Shown in pieces: positions 26,553 through 35,705 of a stretch of DNA of 45,044 nucleotides. The notes under the pieces were generated by a model. It did not search any database. It was not told the origin of the DNA and saw nothing but the letters and a program-made list of their open reading frames with translations. The position numbers were made by a program, and so were the translations under genes. This DNA comes from a virus (lineage: Duplodnaviria > Caudoviricetes), in the IMG/VR virus record IMGVR_UViG_3300037424_000451, positions 1 to 45,044 of that record; one strand, 5' to 3'. Numbering within the stretch: the stretch's first letter is position 1; each line of letters starts with the position of its first letter.

Positions 26553-27911
26553 ATGCCACTTCAATACGAACCGTATCCGACAGGTGAATCATGGCTCAGG
26601 ATGGGAAATCAGGCCGTGGGGCTCAAGAGGCAGATCCAGCAATCCGACGCCTTCGAGGAAGACCGGGAAACAACACAGAAGACGGCTGAATATCAATCTG
26701 AGATGACAAGAAATCCGGAATTTCGTCCAGACCCCAATGCTGTTGGATATAATCCAAAGGCCGATATGGGGGCTCAAGCCGCTTATCTTGCCCAACAAAT
26801 TGAGTGGAATCGCCTTGATAGCGGTAAGCAGAAATTAAAGTCAGATCAGTTAAGCGACGATTACGAGCAATCACAACGGGCGGCATCCGATGTTACGTCA
26901 TGGCTTCGCATCGCTACTTCTCAATATCCAGACGCCGAAACTTTGGAGGATCTTCCCAAAGATATACGGGATAAGATCGTTGATTCCTTTGTCGGAGCTC
27001 ATGCCTATATCCCTGATGGAAGATATTCTGAAAAGAATGCCGATGGAACAGTGACCATAAAGGGTCAATTCAACGACTACAACAGCATTCTTGATCCGTC
27101 AAAAATCAGCGTAAAGGACGTAGAGGAATTTTGGGCGGGTCAATCTATGAATTTGACGGACAAATCGGCTTTTACAAAAGCGTTTCTTGCATCTGAGTCT
27201 GCGACTAATCAAGCGAATGCCGGTGCGTGGTCAAATCCTCGCATTGTTTTTGATCCAAATTCCAACACAAGGGCTTTTCGGGTCGATCAAGTACACAAAA
27301 AAGGTCCTAAACGCGGTAAGGTTGAAAGTTACTATTTTGATCATTTTCCGATAATGCGTGACGATGTTCCAATGTCTCCCGATCAAGTTGGTAAATTTTC
27401 GGTGGATTTGGGACTTGTCAATGCCCAGAAGTATGCTCCTGAAGTAGCTGAAGAAGAAGCCAAAACCGGCATGACGGCGGCACAACAGGCAGATAAGGGA
27501 TTCAAGGAACGCGAGCTTGGTCAGCATGAGAAACAGCTTGGGTTGGCTGCGTCTAAGGAAACCAGGGAGCAGGAAAAGGCTGATATGGAAAAAGAGGCGG
27601 CACCACAGAAAGCCAACCAAGAAGCTGTTAAAGCCTATAACGATTACCTGAAAGCGTTTGAACTCAATCCCAAAGAGGCGCTTTCGTTTAAGGACTGGAA
27701 GGAGCAGATTTGGACGTATCGGGAGGAAGGCCCGAAGGGTTTGTCGGGTAAGACCGGCGAAAGCGTTAAGGGTAAGATCGGAAAGCCCAGAACGATTGTG
27801 GACAAGAAAACAGGTCGGACCTACAAGGCCTATTCTGACGGGAAGATAGGATTACCGAACGGCAAGAAGGTAACGGTGGAAGAATTCAAAAAGATGACTG
27901 AGGGGCAATAA
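26553..27911 (+). CDS. Internal virion/ejection protein
   Basis: GGAGG SD; position among ejection genes. Confidence 0.7.
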   Translation: MPLQYEPYPTGESWLRMGNQAVGLKRQIQQSDAFEEDRETTQKTAEYQSEMTRNPEFRPDPNAVGYNPKADMGAQAAYLAQQIEWNRLDSGKQKLKSDQLSDDYEQSQRAASDVTSWLRIATSQYPDAETLEDLPKDIRDKIVDSFVGAHAYIPDGRYSEKNADGTVTIKGQFNDYNSILDPSKISVKDVEEFWAGQSMNLTDKSAFTKAFLASESATNQANAGAWSNPRIVFDPNSNTRAFRVDQVHKKGPKRGKVESYYFDHFPIMRDDVPMSPDQVGKFSVDLGLVNAQKYAPEVAEEEAKTGMTAAQQADKGFKERELGQHEKQLGLAASKETREQEKADMEKEAAPQKANQEAVKAYNDYLKAFELNPKEALSFKDWKEQIWTYREEGPKGLSGKTGESVKGKIGKPRTIVDKKTGRTYKAYSDGKIGLPNGKKVTVEEFKKMTEGQ

Positions 27912-29278
27912 TGCCGCTACTCGCAGAGCTTGGCCTTGATCCTGAACGGTTCTCCATAGAAGACGAACCGGATACGCCAGAGGTACGGGCATCTTCAACC
28001 ATAGAGGGCCTTGACCCTGAGCGGTTCGAGGTGTTGGAAGATGAGGTAGACGAATCGACCTTTCGTCAATGGTATGGAGAAAAAGCAAAAAATACCGGAC
28101 TGAATCCCGATCCCGATGACCCCCAACACAGATACGATTACCGTGCAGCATTTGGTGCAGGTGCAGAACCAGAAAAGGGATCTGACGGTCAATACCATTG
28201 GCCATCTCAGTTCAAAGCCGACGATCATCCGAATCGTTTCGTTGACGGCCAGGATACGAAAACAGGTGAGCGTATCCCGGTCATTCGCCAGATGCCAGAA
28301 TCCGAAATCGGTTTGGTAGAACGCGGAAGGCGATACCTTGAGGAAAAGGGATGGGTAGAGCCAAAAACCAGGATGGATCCTTCCCAGATTGCTGAGGCCC
28401 AGATAAGGCATGAGGCAAAGGGATTGCCACTGGTCAGAGAGGAAGGCGGACAAGGCATGACGCCTGATGACATTTCGTTGCTTGCTCCACCTAAAAGAAT
28501 ACTCGGAATGGCGAGGGACAATACCGCACCCTACTACCGACCGGCAACCACCGAGGAATACAAGCAGCAGGTTTACCCGGAAGGGACCGGTCTTAGAAGG
28601 GCAGAGCAATATGGGCGCGACATAGGGGCTGGCTTCACTGGCGTCTCTGAGGGCCTTGCCGGTATGGGCCAGTGGCTCACGGGTGGCATGATCGGGAACG
28701 AATCGGCCAATGCCGCCAGATTGCTCAGGGAAGAATTACAGGCTGAAGACCCCAACTTTGCGGATCAAGTCGCTTCAGGTGTTGGGTCGATGGTGGCCTT
28801 CTTCGGACCCGGTATCGGGGTATCAACGGCATTGCAGGCCACATCTAAGGTTGCGCCATTTTTAGCCAAAGCCCTTGGAACAACTGTCATGAGCGCAACT
28901 GAAGCCGGGACGGAGGCTGGCCTAGTTTATAGGAATTCCCTCGAACGGAACAGAGACCCCGAAAGGGCCGAAAGTGAGGCGTCCACTACCTTTTTGCTCA
29001 ACATGCCGCTTCTTTGGGTTACGAACAAGCTCGCCTACTTCTCCGATGTCCTGAAGAACCCGGTAGCAAAGCGGATACTTGGCGGCATCATGGAAGGCAC
29101 GCAGGAATCAGGCCAGGAAGTCATCTCGACAAAGGCCCAAGGGGAAGAACTGAAGCTCAAGGATGTCATGACCTCAGGTGCGGTAGGGTCAATTCTTCGG
29201 TGGAGGTGGAGCAGCATCTCAGAAGGGACCCCAGGGTCTTCAACGTCGTCCTTCCGAGACCGACAACGCGCCAACTGA
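27911..29278 (+). CDS. N-terminal part of giant polyvalent ejection protein (continues in +1 frame)
   Basis: FRQW..YDYR..HWPSQFK..HP module and Gly/Ala-rich helices (EAGTEAG, EGTQE..QE). Confidence 0.75.
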   Translation: MPLLAELGLDPERFSIEDEPDTPEVRASSTIEGLDPERFEVLEDEVDESTFRQWYGEKAKNTGLNPDPDDPQHRYDYRAAFGAGAEPEKGSDGQYHWPSQFKADDHPNRFVDGQDTKTGERIPVIRQMPESEIGLVERGRRYLEEKGWVEPKTRMDPSQIAEAQIRHEAKGLPLVREEGGQGMTPDDISLLAPPKRILGMARDNTAPYYRPATTEEYKQQVYPEGTGLRRAEQYGRDIGAGFTGVSEGLAGMGQWLTGGMIGNESANAARLLREELQAEDPNFADQVASGVGSMVAFFGPGIGVSTALQATSKVAPFLAKALGTTVMSATEAGTEAGLVYRNSLERNRDPERAESEASTTFLLNMPLLWVTNKLAYFSDVLKNPVAKRILGGIMEGTQESGQEVISTKAQGEELKLKDVMTSGAVGSILRWRWSSISEGTPGSSTSSFRDRQRAN

Positions 29279-32200
29279 TATGCTTGAACCCACGGAGATG
29301 CAGGCTAGTCAAGGTATTCCGGGGAATATTCCGCGTGGAATGCCTATTCCCACTATGCAGGAAGCCCCCATCGAGGACCTTATCACGCCGGAATCCGGGG
29401 CAGCACCGATTGACATGCTGGAACCTGAGCCCATGGCGCCGGTGTCACAACCGCAAGTTCGAGGGCTACAGCGGGAACCCATAACAGTTCAACCGGAAGG
29501 AGTACCGTATGCCGAAGGAATTGGAACGCAAGTTGAGGAAAGAGGCCAACCAGCACAAGAACTGGTCGGAGGAACAGAAGGACAAGTACGTGTACGGGGC
29601 CTTGAGGAAGACCGGATGGAAACCGGCCAGGGAGAAGAAGCGGTAGTACCCCCGGAAATACCCCCTGCACCTCCTGAGAGGGCCGTAGAGACGACTTTAC
29701 CCCAAGAGCCTGTACCTACCCCTGCCGAGGTGCCTGAAGTGGTGGGGGAGGAACCAGTTGTCAAGAAATCTTTGACTACTGAGCCCCCCGCAGAAGTGGT
29801 GAAGGGGAAAGAGGCGTGGGAGATGACGGCTGAAGAACATCGAAAACGTGCCAAAAAGATGTCCGATGATGATGTTCGAGAAGAAGTTATTCAAGTGCTT
29901 ATGCAGCGCGATTGGACACGAGAGAAGGCCGAAAAGTATATTCAAGGTGAATTCAGTATTCGTGCCATGCACGATGCTGTAGTACCTAGCGGTATTGTAG
30001 AGCGTGCTATCTCCGAAGGCAAGCCAGTCCCACAGTCTATCATCGACGAGTATCCCGGCCTGAAGCCCCCAGCCCCCTCAGCCGAGAAGGGGGAGACGGA
30101 AGGCAAGCCCCACACCCATTCAGGCCCCGGCTACACCGTAACCCGTGTCAAGGACGCCAAAGAGGATGCCCAGACCAAGTGGACCATCGAGATGGACGAG
30201 CAGACCCGGGCCGACCTTCCCGGCATCATCGGAATTGCCAAGGACGCAACTAAGGGCGAACGGTTTCTGACCATAGATGAAACTGGACAACGGAAGGTAA
30301 TAGGTGTAAAATCAGGGCGTCCTGAATTCATGCAGCACCCTCGGCTGAAGTCCGAGAGGGTGCCCGGGAAGTCCGGGGCATCCCCTGCCGACCTTGAGAA
30401 AGCCGTCAATAAAGCACTGGCCGGGGAACCATTGGGCGTCAAACAGGCCCGTCTCGTCGAAGATGCAATCATCTATCTGCGCGAGATGCGGCTACAGGAG
30501 GAGGCGAAAGATGTCGGAATCTCAAAAGAAGATTTTGACCGTCTCTCAGAAGAAGAGTTTGCAAGAGCTGAGAGAGAAGCTATTCAAGCTGAGTCAGGAA
30601 AAAATTCGGCTGAGAAAGTTTCAGGACCAGAGGGAAAAGGACGAACAGGAAATCTCTTCAAAGCCAAGCCCGAACCCTGGGCCTTAACCCCGTCTGAGCC
30701 CACCAAAGAAGAACGACTTGCCATGGCCCCCAAGGAGAAGGGGCCTAAGAAGCGGGCCGTATTCCCCACCGAGAAAGTCAAGACCGCCACCACCGGAAAA
30801 CAGACCGGCCTGTTTGGCAATGAGTTTAAGCCGGGCGAGAGCCGGGACCTGTTCGACCAGGTGGGGGAGGTAAAGCTGGTCCTGCGGGAGCCAAAAAAGA
30901 AAGATGGATTTGTTCAAGTCTTTAGAGGCGAAAGCACATATAACAAGGGTGGAAATTACTATACCACTGATCGTGAATGGGCAAGGCAATTTACACAATC
31001 TGGACAAGATAAGGAAGTTTTTAAAGGATGGATTAAGGAAGACAGAATTTATAGGCCAGAGCCTTTACCAAGCGCCACAAGCGAAAAAGAGTTCGATACT
31101 GCAATAGCTGAAGCCAAGGCTAAAGGATACTCAGCGGTATGGTTCGATGAAGGCGTTGGTGAACCAAATTCAGTCTATGTTTTCAATCGTAGAGACTTTA
31201 AGCCAGGAACCAAACTTTCAATACAAGACCCAACCGCTCAATACCTCTGGGAGCTTGCCCACGAGCCGGAAACCCCCGCAGAAGTCCAACGCCTGATTGA
31301 CGTTGCCGACACCATCAAGAAGACCATTGAATCCGTGGTCCCCAAGGCTGACCTCTCACGCCTGACGGTCAAGTTGGTCCCACGCATATCCCTCGAGGGC
31401 CGGAACGTGGCGCAGTCTGCCAAGGAGTATGGCAAGACCGCGGACCAGATAGACCCTGAAAACATCCTCGGCATATACGAGTCGTCCAAAGATCTGATCG
31501 AGATTGCCCATCACCCGGAAGCCCCCCTCAGACAAACAAGAATCACGGCGATGGAGGAAGCCCTTCACCGGGTGCTGGACAAGGTGATGAGCCCCAACGA
31601 CCTTGAGTTCATTATGAAAGAGCACAAGGGCAATGAGGAAGCCACTGTAAAGCAGGGCGTGAAATTCATCATAGCCGAGCAGGATGAGCTTGCAAGGCTC
31701 ATGGCCGACAAGTCCATTTCCACCAGGGCCAAGATGATTTGGAAAAAGGTCCTGGACATCCTGAAGCGGATACGGGGAGCGTTCGGGTGGAAAGGGCAGA
31801 AGTCGTCAGATGCGATTTGGGAGAAGGTTCTCGGAAAGGGATACCAGCCACACGATGGGGCCAAGAAGGAAGGCACGAGCTTCAGCGTGGAGGAACCGAC
31901 CGACACCCCCGAATCCGCAGCCGACCGACTCGGCATCTACTTCGACGGCGAACAAGAGATATGGACCAAAGACGGCCCTGCCGGAACCAAATACCAGTTC
32001 ACTGACCCCCAGACGGAAGGTGGGACCTTCTACGTCAAGGACCTGAAGGACCTGGACAAGACCCTTGAGGCCAAGAGGAAGGAGTTTGGCGTGTCCGGGC
32101 CGGAAGTAAGGCTATCCATCAAGAAGCATGAGCAAGACGCTGAGCACGTTGGCGCCAACCCCAAGTTCTACGCCCCCGCGATGGATCAGGCAACATCGAC

Positions 32201-35200
32201 CATCAAGGCCATGCGGGAGTTCAAGGTCATACCGGGCGGCTTCATCGACAACACCTTCAAGACCCCTGAATGGTCGGATCATCCGGTTGAAAAAAAGGTT
32301 ACTGACGCAGCACTGGATAGAGAGAAAAACAAGCACAAGTATTTCTACAACATCGACCACGACCAGGAAACGGACCAGAACATTTGGGAATCCCTGAAGG
32401 ACCTCAAGGATCGGGGAACCTCCATTCTGTCTCGTATCAGGGGCCGGGACCTTTATGATGTCCAGAACGCCAAGGTATCCAAGGAATACAAGCAAGTCTC
32501 AGCGGCCATCGACCACATGGACACCGAGCGTCATCAGTGGCTTGATGCGCCCCAGGAGCTCGCAGGTGAACCTGGCTTCGGGGAAACCAAGAACTTTCAT
32601 GCCATCACGTTGAATCCAACCGACCAGTTTGACCAGGAAGGAATGGACGGGAGTAAGTTCAAGACCACGGACTTTCACCGGGGCGCTAAGGGCCATGAAG
32701 GCATCACCTTCATCATCGGGAAGGATACCGAGACCGGCGACGTCCTGACCCATAGCGTGCGGTTCCGAAAGGACACCTTCAAGCCCGAAGAGGTCAAGGC
32801 GTGGTTTGAGGAAAACAAGGATGTCTTCGCTGGCCGGACCGGCTACCGATCGGTTCTGGAAAAGAAGAAAGTCTCCAAGGATGTCCTGGAAGCGGTCGAT
32901 ATGTACCGCCGGGCCAACGACAAGGCCCTCGACCACATGAGGGCGAACCTCAAAGAAGTGATCGACGCCTACCGGGATGCCGGGAAGAAACTCCCGACTC
33001 TGTTTGTCGAGAAGGACGAGAAAGGCAAGGCCACCCCCTACACCCTGAAGGACGCCTATGAGGAGATGGGGCAACACCGGGGCTATTACGCGCCCAGGAT
33101 AAGGGAATCGGGCGATTGGGTGGTGCAGTCGGTCAAGGGAGACCAACCCTACCGCTACCACACCCAGAGCCGCAGGAAAGCAATCGCGCTTGAACAGCGG
33201 TTGATCCGGGAGGGCCACAAGGATCTGAAGCGGTTCCGAGACTCCCGCATGTTGCCCGAATCCGTCTATGAGGACCTGACCATCGGGGAAGTGGCGAAGG
33301 CCCTGGAGAACGCCGTTGAGAACATGCAGGGCGTTGATCCCGATACCACGGCGAAATTCAGGCTTGAAGTCATACAGGCGGCTTCCGATATGCTGAAGGC
33401 CAGGGCGTTTCGATCCCACAGAATCAAGAGGTCTGACAAAGTGGTGAAGGGCTACATTGAGGATCCCCTGACCCGCCACCTTCTCTACACGAATCAGATT
33501 GCAGGCGGCATCTCCAAGGGTGAAGCGGCCCAGGAGATGTTCGACGCCTATCTGGGCAAGTTCGAGAATTACATCCGGGACGACAAGACCAACACATGGG
33601 TTCTGAAGGATTCTGAAGGCACGCCTTTGGATTCCAGGCCTATGAAGGATGAAGAGATCGAGGCTGACAAGGGAAAGAAGTCCATGCGGTTCGGGGGCCT
33701 CTCGCCAGCACAAGACAAGGAGCTCCACTCGAAGCTCAAGGATTACATCAGCAACCAACTCCGAAACCCTGACCGGATGGACCGGCTTGTGGGTCTCGGA
33801 AAGTCTATCGTGTCCTTCAAGTATCTTGGATTTAATCCACGCTCCATGCTGGTCAATACGACTGCCATGATTACGACTGTGCCTTCAGCCATCCATCAAT
33901 ACGCCATGGGGAGCAAGGGGAGCCTGACGAAGATAGGGGCATCCATCATGAAGGCCGGGGTCGATTACGTAGGCGTCATGAGGGGCAAGAAATTGGCCAA
34001 CGCCCAAGAACAGGCCTTCATGGATCTGGTTCAACAAGAGGGATATGACACCCCTCAGTACATGCACGATGCCATGGGGGCCATGAAGGATATGTACGGC
34101 GGCATGTGGTCTAACATCATGAGCAAGGCTATGGTTCCGTTCGGGATAACGGAGCAATGGAACCGGGGCTCCACCATGTTGGCAGCATACCGACTGGCCC
34201 GTGGCCAGGGGAATACCCACGAGGACGCCATGAAGTTGGCTCAGGATGCCAGCAATAAGGCCCACGGGATCTATGGGCAGGCGACTCTCCCGACATGGGC
34301 ACAGGGCAAGAACCCTGCGGCCCTGGTACTCCGGATGGGCTACACCTACCAGAAGTTTGGACACAATTACGTCCAAATGCTGATGGACCTTGGTTTCAAG
34401 AAGCGCAACATCAAGGCCCTGACGTTCGCCATGGCAGCGCCGATGGTCATTGGAGGCCTTGAGGCTTCCTTGGCGGCCAATATCGTCATGATGATTGTCA
34501 AGGCTATCCTTCGGGCCATCGGGGAGCCAGAAGATCCGGAAAAGATCGTATACGACGTGATCCGGTCTGAATTCGGCCGGGGGTGGGAACGGGCGGCACG
34601 TTACGGGGCTTTCGGGGCAGCCGGGGTTGACATATCTGGATCTCTCTCGGTCGGGATGGAGGTCCCCAAGACCCTGATGGATCTCACGGGGCCTTTTGGG
34701 GGCGTCTATAACGACATCTCGCAGGCTGCCCATTATTTGACCACAGGACAGCCCTACAGGGCCGTAGAGAAGACTTTGCCCAATGTGGCATCCAACCTAT
34801 TCACGGCGGCCCGTGAGCTCAGGACGGGGGCCGTAACGAAGTCAGGCTATCCCGTGTGGGATGAGGAAGGGAAACCGCTTCAGCCTTCTGCTGTCGAAAC
34901 CGGGCTCAAGGGCATGGGGTTCCGGTCTTCCAGGCGAGCGACCCTCCAGGCGTCCGAATGGGAATGGAAGCAGATGGAGACTCGGTATGCCGATAAGCGG
35001 AAAAAGATTTACGAACAGTACCGCGCATACCTCAAGACATGGAGCAAAGATAAGTATCAAGACATCATGAAGCAGATCAAGGAATACAACGCAGACGTGA
35101 TGTCTGAAGGACTTCAAAAGCAGGTCCCCCTTATTACCAAGGCCAGCATTAAAGGCCAAGTCAAAAGAATGGCGAAACCAACGAAACGTCAAATGTCGAG

Positions 35201-35231
35201 GATTATGGAAGCGGAGGAAATGGAGCAATGA
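29199..35231 (+). CDS. C-terminal part of giant polyvalent ejection protein (ART-like, degenerate zincin-like, PLxRFG/LPD-like helical domains)
   Basis: 1983-aa ORF from 29280 without SD; frame open from 29187; GYYAPRIR.SG.W, YLGFNPRS..VN, EQWNR...AAY, YQKF motifs. Confidence 0.8.
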   Translation, partial: GGGGAASQKGPQGLQRRPSETDNAPTDMLEPTEMQASQGIPGNIPRGMPIPTMQEAPIEDLITPESGAAPIDMLEPEPMAPVSQPQVRGLQREPITVQPEGVPYAEGIGTQVEERGQPAQELVGGTEGQVRVRGLEEDRMETGQGEEAVVPPEIPPAPPERAVETTLPQEPVPTPAEVPEVVGEEPVVKKSLTTEPPAEVVKGKEAWEMTAEEHRKRAKKMSDDDVREEVIQVLMQRDWTREKAEKYIQGEFSIRAMHDAVVPSGIVERAISEGKPVPQSIIDEYPGLKPPAPSAEKGETEGKPHTHSGPGYTVTRVKDAKEDAQTKWTIEMDEQTRADLPGIIGIAKDATKGERFLTIDETGQRKVIGVKSGRPEFMQHPRLKSERVPGKSGASPADLEKAVNKALAGEPLGVKQARLVEDAIIYLREMRLQEEAKDVGISKEDFDRLSEEEFARAEREAIQAESGKNSAEKVSGPEGKGRTGNLFKAKPEPWALTPSEPTKEERLAMAPKEKGPKKRAVFPTEKVKTATTGKQTGLFGNEFKPGESRDLFDQVGEVKLVLREPKKKDGFVQVFRGESTYNKGGNYYTTDREWARQFTQSGQDKEVFKGWIKEDRIYRPEPLPSATSEKEFDTAIAEAKAKGYSAVWFDEGVGEPNSVYVFNRRDFKPGTKLSIQDPTAQYLWELAHEPETPAEVQRLIDVADTIKKTIESVVPKADLSRLTVKLVPRISLEGRNVAQSAKEYGKTADQIDPENILGIYESSKDLIEIAHHPEAPLRQTRITAMEEALHRVLDKVMSPNDLEFIMKEHKGNEEATVKQGVKFIIAEQDELARLMADKSISTRAKMIWKKVLDILKRIRGAFGWKGQKSSDAIWEKVLGKGYQPHDGAKKEGTSFSVEEPTDTPESAADRLGIYFDGEQEIWTKDGPAGTKYQFTDPQTEGGTFYVKDLKDLDKTLEAKRKEFGVSGPEVRLSIKKHEQDAEHVGANPKFYAPAMDQATSTIKAMREFKVIPGGFIDNTFKTPEWSDHPVEKKVTDAALDREKNKHKYFYNIDHDQETDQNIWESLKDLKDRGTSILSRIRGRDLYDVQNAKVSKEYKQVSAAIDHMDTERHQWLDAPQELAGEPGFGETKNFHAITLNPTDQFDQEGMDGSKFKTTDFHRGAKGHEGITFIIGKDTETGDVLTHSVRFRKDTFKPEEVKAWFEENKDVFAGRTGYRSVLEKKKVSKDVLEAVDMYRRANDKALDHMRANLKEVIDAYRDAGKKLPTLFVEKDEKGKATPYTLKDAYEEMGQHRGYYAPRIRESGDWVVQSVKGDQPYRYHTQSRRKAIALEQRLIREGHKDLKRFRDSRMLPESVYEDLTIGEVAKALENAVENMQGVDPDTTAKFRLEVIQAASDMLKARAFRSHRIKRSDKVVKGYIEDPLTRHLLYTNQIAGGISKGEAAQEMFDAYLGKFENYIRDDKTNTWVLKDSEGTPLDSRPMKDEEIEADKGKKSMRFGGLSPAQDKELHSKLKDYISNQLRNPDRMDRLVGLGKSIVSFKYLGFNPRSMLVNTTAMITTVPSAIHQYAMGSKGSLTKIGASIMKAGVDYVGVMRGKKLANAQEQAFMDLVQQEGYDTPQYMHDAMGAMKDMYGGMWSNIMSKAMVPFGITEQWNRGSTMLAAYRLARGQGNTHEDAMKLAQDASNKAHGIYGQATLPTWAQGKNPAALVLRMGYTYQKFGHNYVQMLMDLGFKKRNIKALTFAMAAPMVIGGLEASLAANIVMMIVKAILRAIGEPEDPEKIVYDVIRSEFGRGWERAARYGAFGAAGVDISGSLSVGMEVPKTLMDLTGPFGGVYNDISQAAHYLTTGQPYRAVEKTLPNVASNLFTAARELRTGAVTKSGYPVWDEEGKPLQPSAVETGLKGMGFRSSRRATLQASEWEWKQMETRYADKRKKIYEQYRAYLKTWSKDKYQDIMKQIKEYNADVMSEGLQKQVPLITKASIKGQVKRMAKPTKRQMSRIMEAEEMEQ
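29509..29646 (+). CDS. Nested +1-frame gene, 45-aa basic protein (MPKELERKLRKEANQHKNWSEEQKDKYVYGALRKTGWKPAREKKR)
   Basis: GGAAGGAG SD 6 nt before ATG; resembles small phage proteins with a YVYG.LRK.GWKP motif. Confidence 0.7.
   Translation: MPKELERKLRKEANQHKNWSEEQKDKYVYGALRKTGWKPAREKKR
30511..30687 (+). CDS. Nested +1-frame gene, 58-aa coiled-coil-like protein (MSESQKKILTVSQKKSLQELREKLFKL...)
   Basis: GGAGGAGG SD 6 nt before ATG. Confidence 0.45.
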   Translation: MSESQKKILTVSQKKSLQELREKLFKLSQEKIRLRKFQDQREKDEQEISSKPSPNPGP

Positions 35232-35683
35232 AAAGATTCATCGGGTTTTTGGTCTTAATGCTGGTTCTTGGGATTGTCTCACTCGGATGGGGGGCGAACA
35301 CCACCACCTATGATGATGGAACAATCACGATCACAGGGCTTGACGCAGATTGGGTATTTGCCACTGAGATTGCGGCTCTCAGGACTGCCGGAAGTGAGTA
35401 CCCAAAAGAATTTGATAACACCGGCCATGTCACGATTGAATCCATTATCTTCATTCCTGGCGCGGCAGATGACCGGATGGTTATCCACAGCTCGGAAGGG
35501 ATTGACGGTTCACCAATTTTCGACACTGGGAAGGTTGCCGACGCCTATGACGCGAGAATCCAATATTACCCGATGGGCAGGCGGGCAAAGCCGACCATTG
35601 ACATCACCGATTGCACACTTGCGGCCGGAACACTGGCGAATTGTGTGGTCAAAATCAATCTGAAAGAGATCAAGGCTCCGTAA
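35228..35683 (+). CDS. Signal-peptide-bearing beta-sandwich protein
   Basis: MKRFIGFLVLMLVLGIVSLGWG-A Sec signal; ATGA overlap with giant gene. Confidence 0.8.
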   Translation: MKRFIGFLVLMLVLGIVSLGWGANTTTYDDGTITITGLDADWVFATEIAALRTAGSEYPKEFDNTGHVTIESIIFIPGAADDRMVIHSSEGIDGSPIFDTGKVADAYDARIQYYPMGRRAKPTIDITDCTLAAGTLANCVVKINLKEIKAP

Positions 35684-35705
35684 CCCATAAGGAGAAGGCT
35701 ACGCC

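Noticed and set aside
30904-31107. Third nested ORF in the giant gene
   Set aside because: No properly spaced SD, and it overlaps the motif-bearing ART-like domain; nested candidates at 31854 and 32128 also lack SDs
32499-34733. 419-aa and 282-aa antisense ORFs
   Set aside because: Typical antisense shadows of a strongly codon-biased long gene
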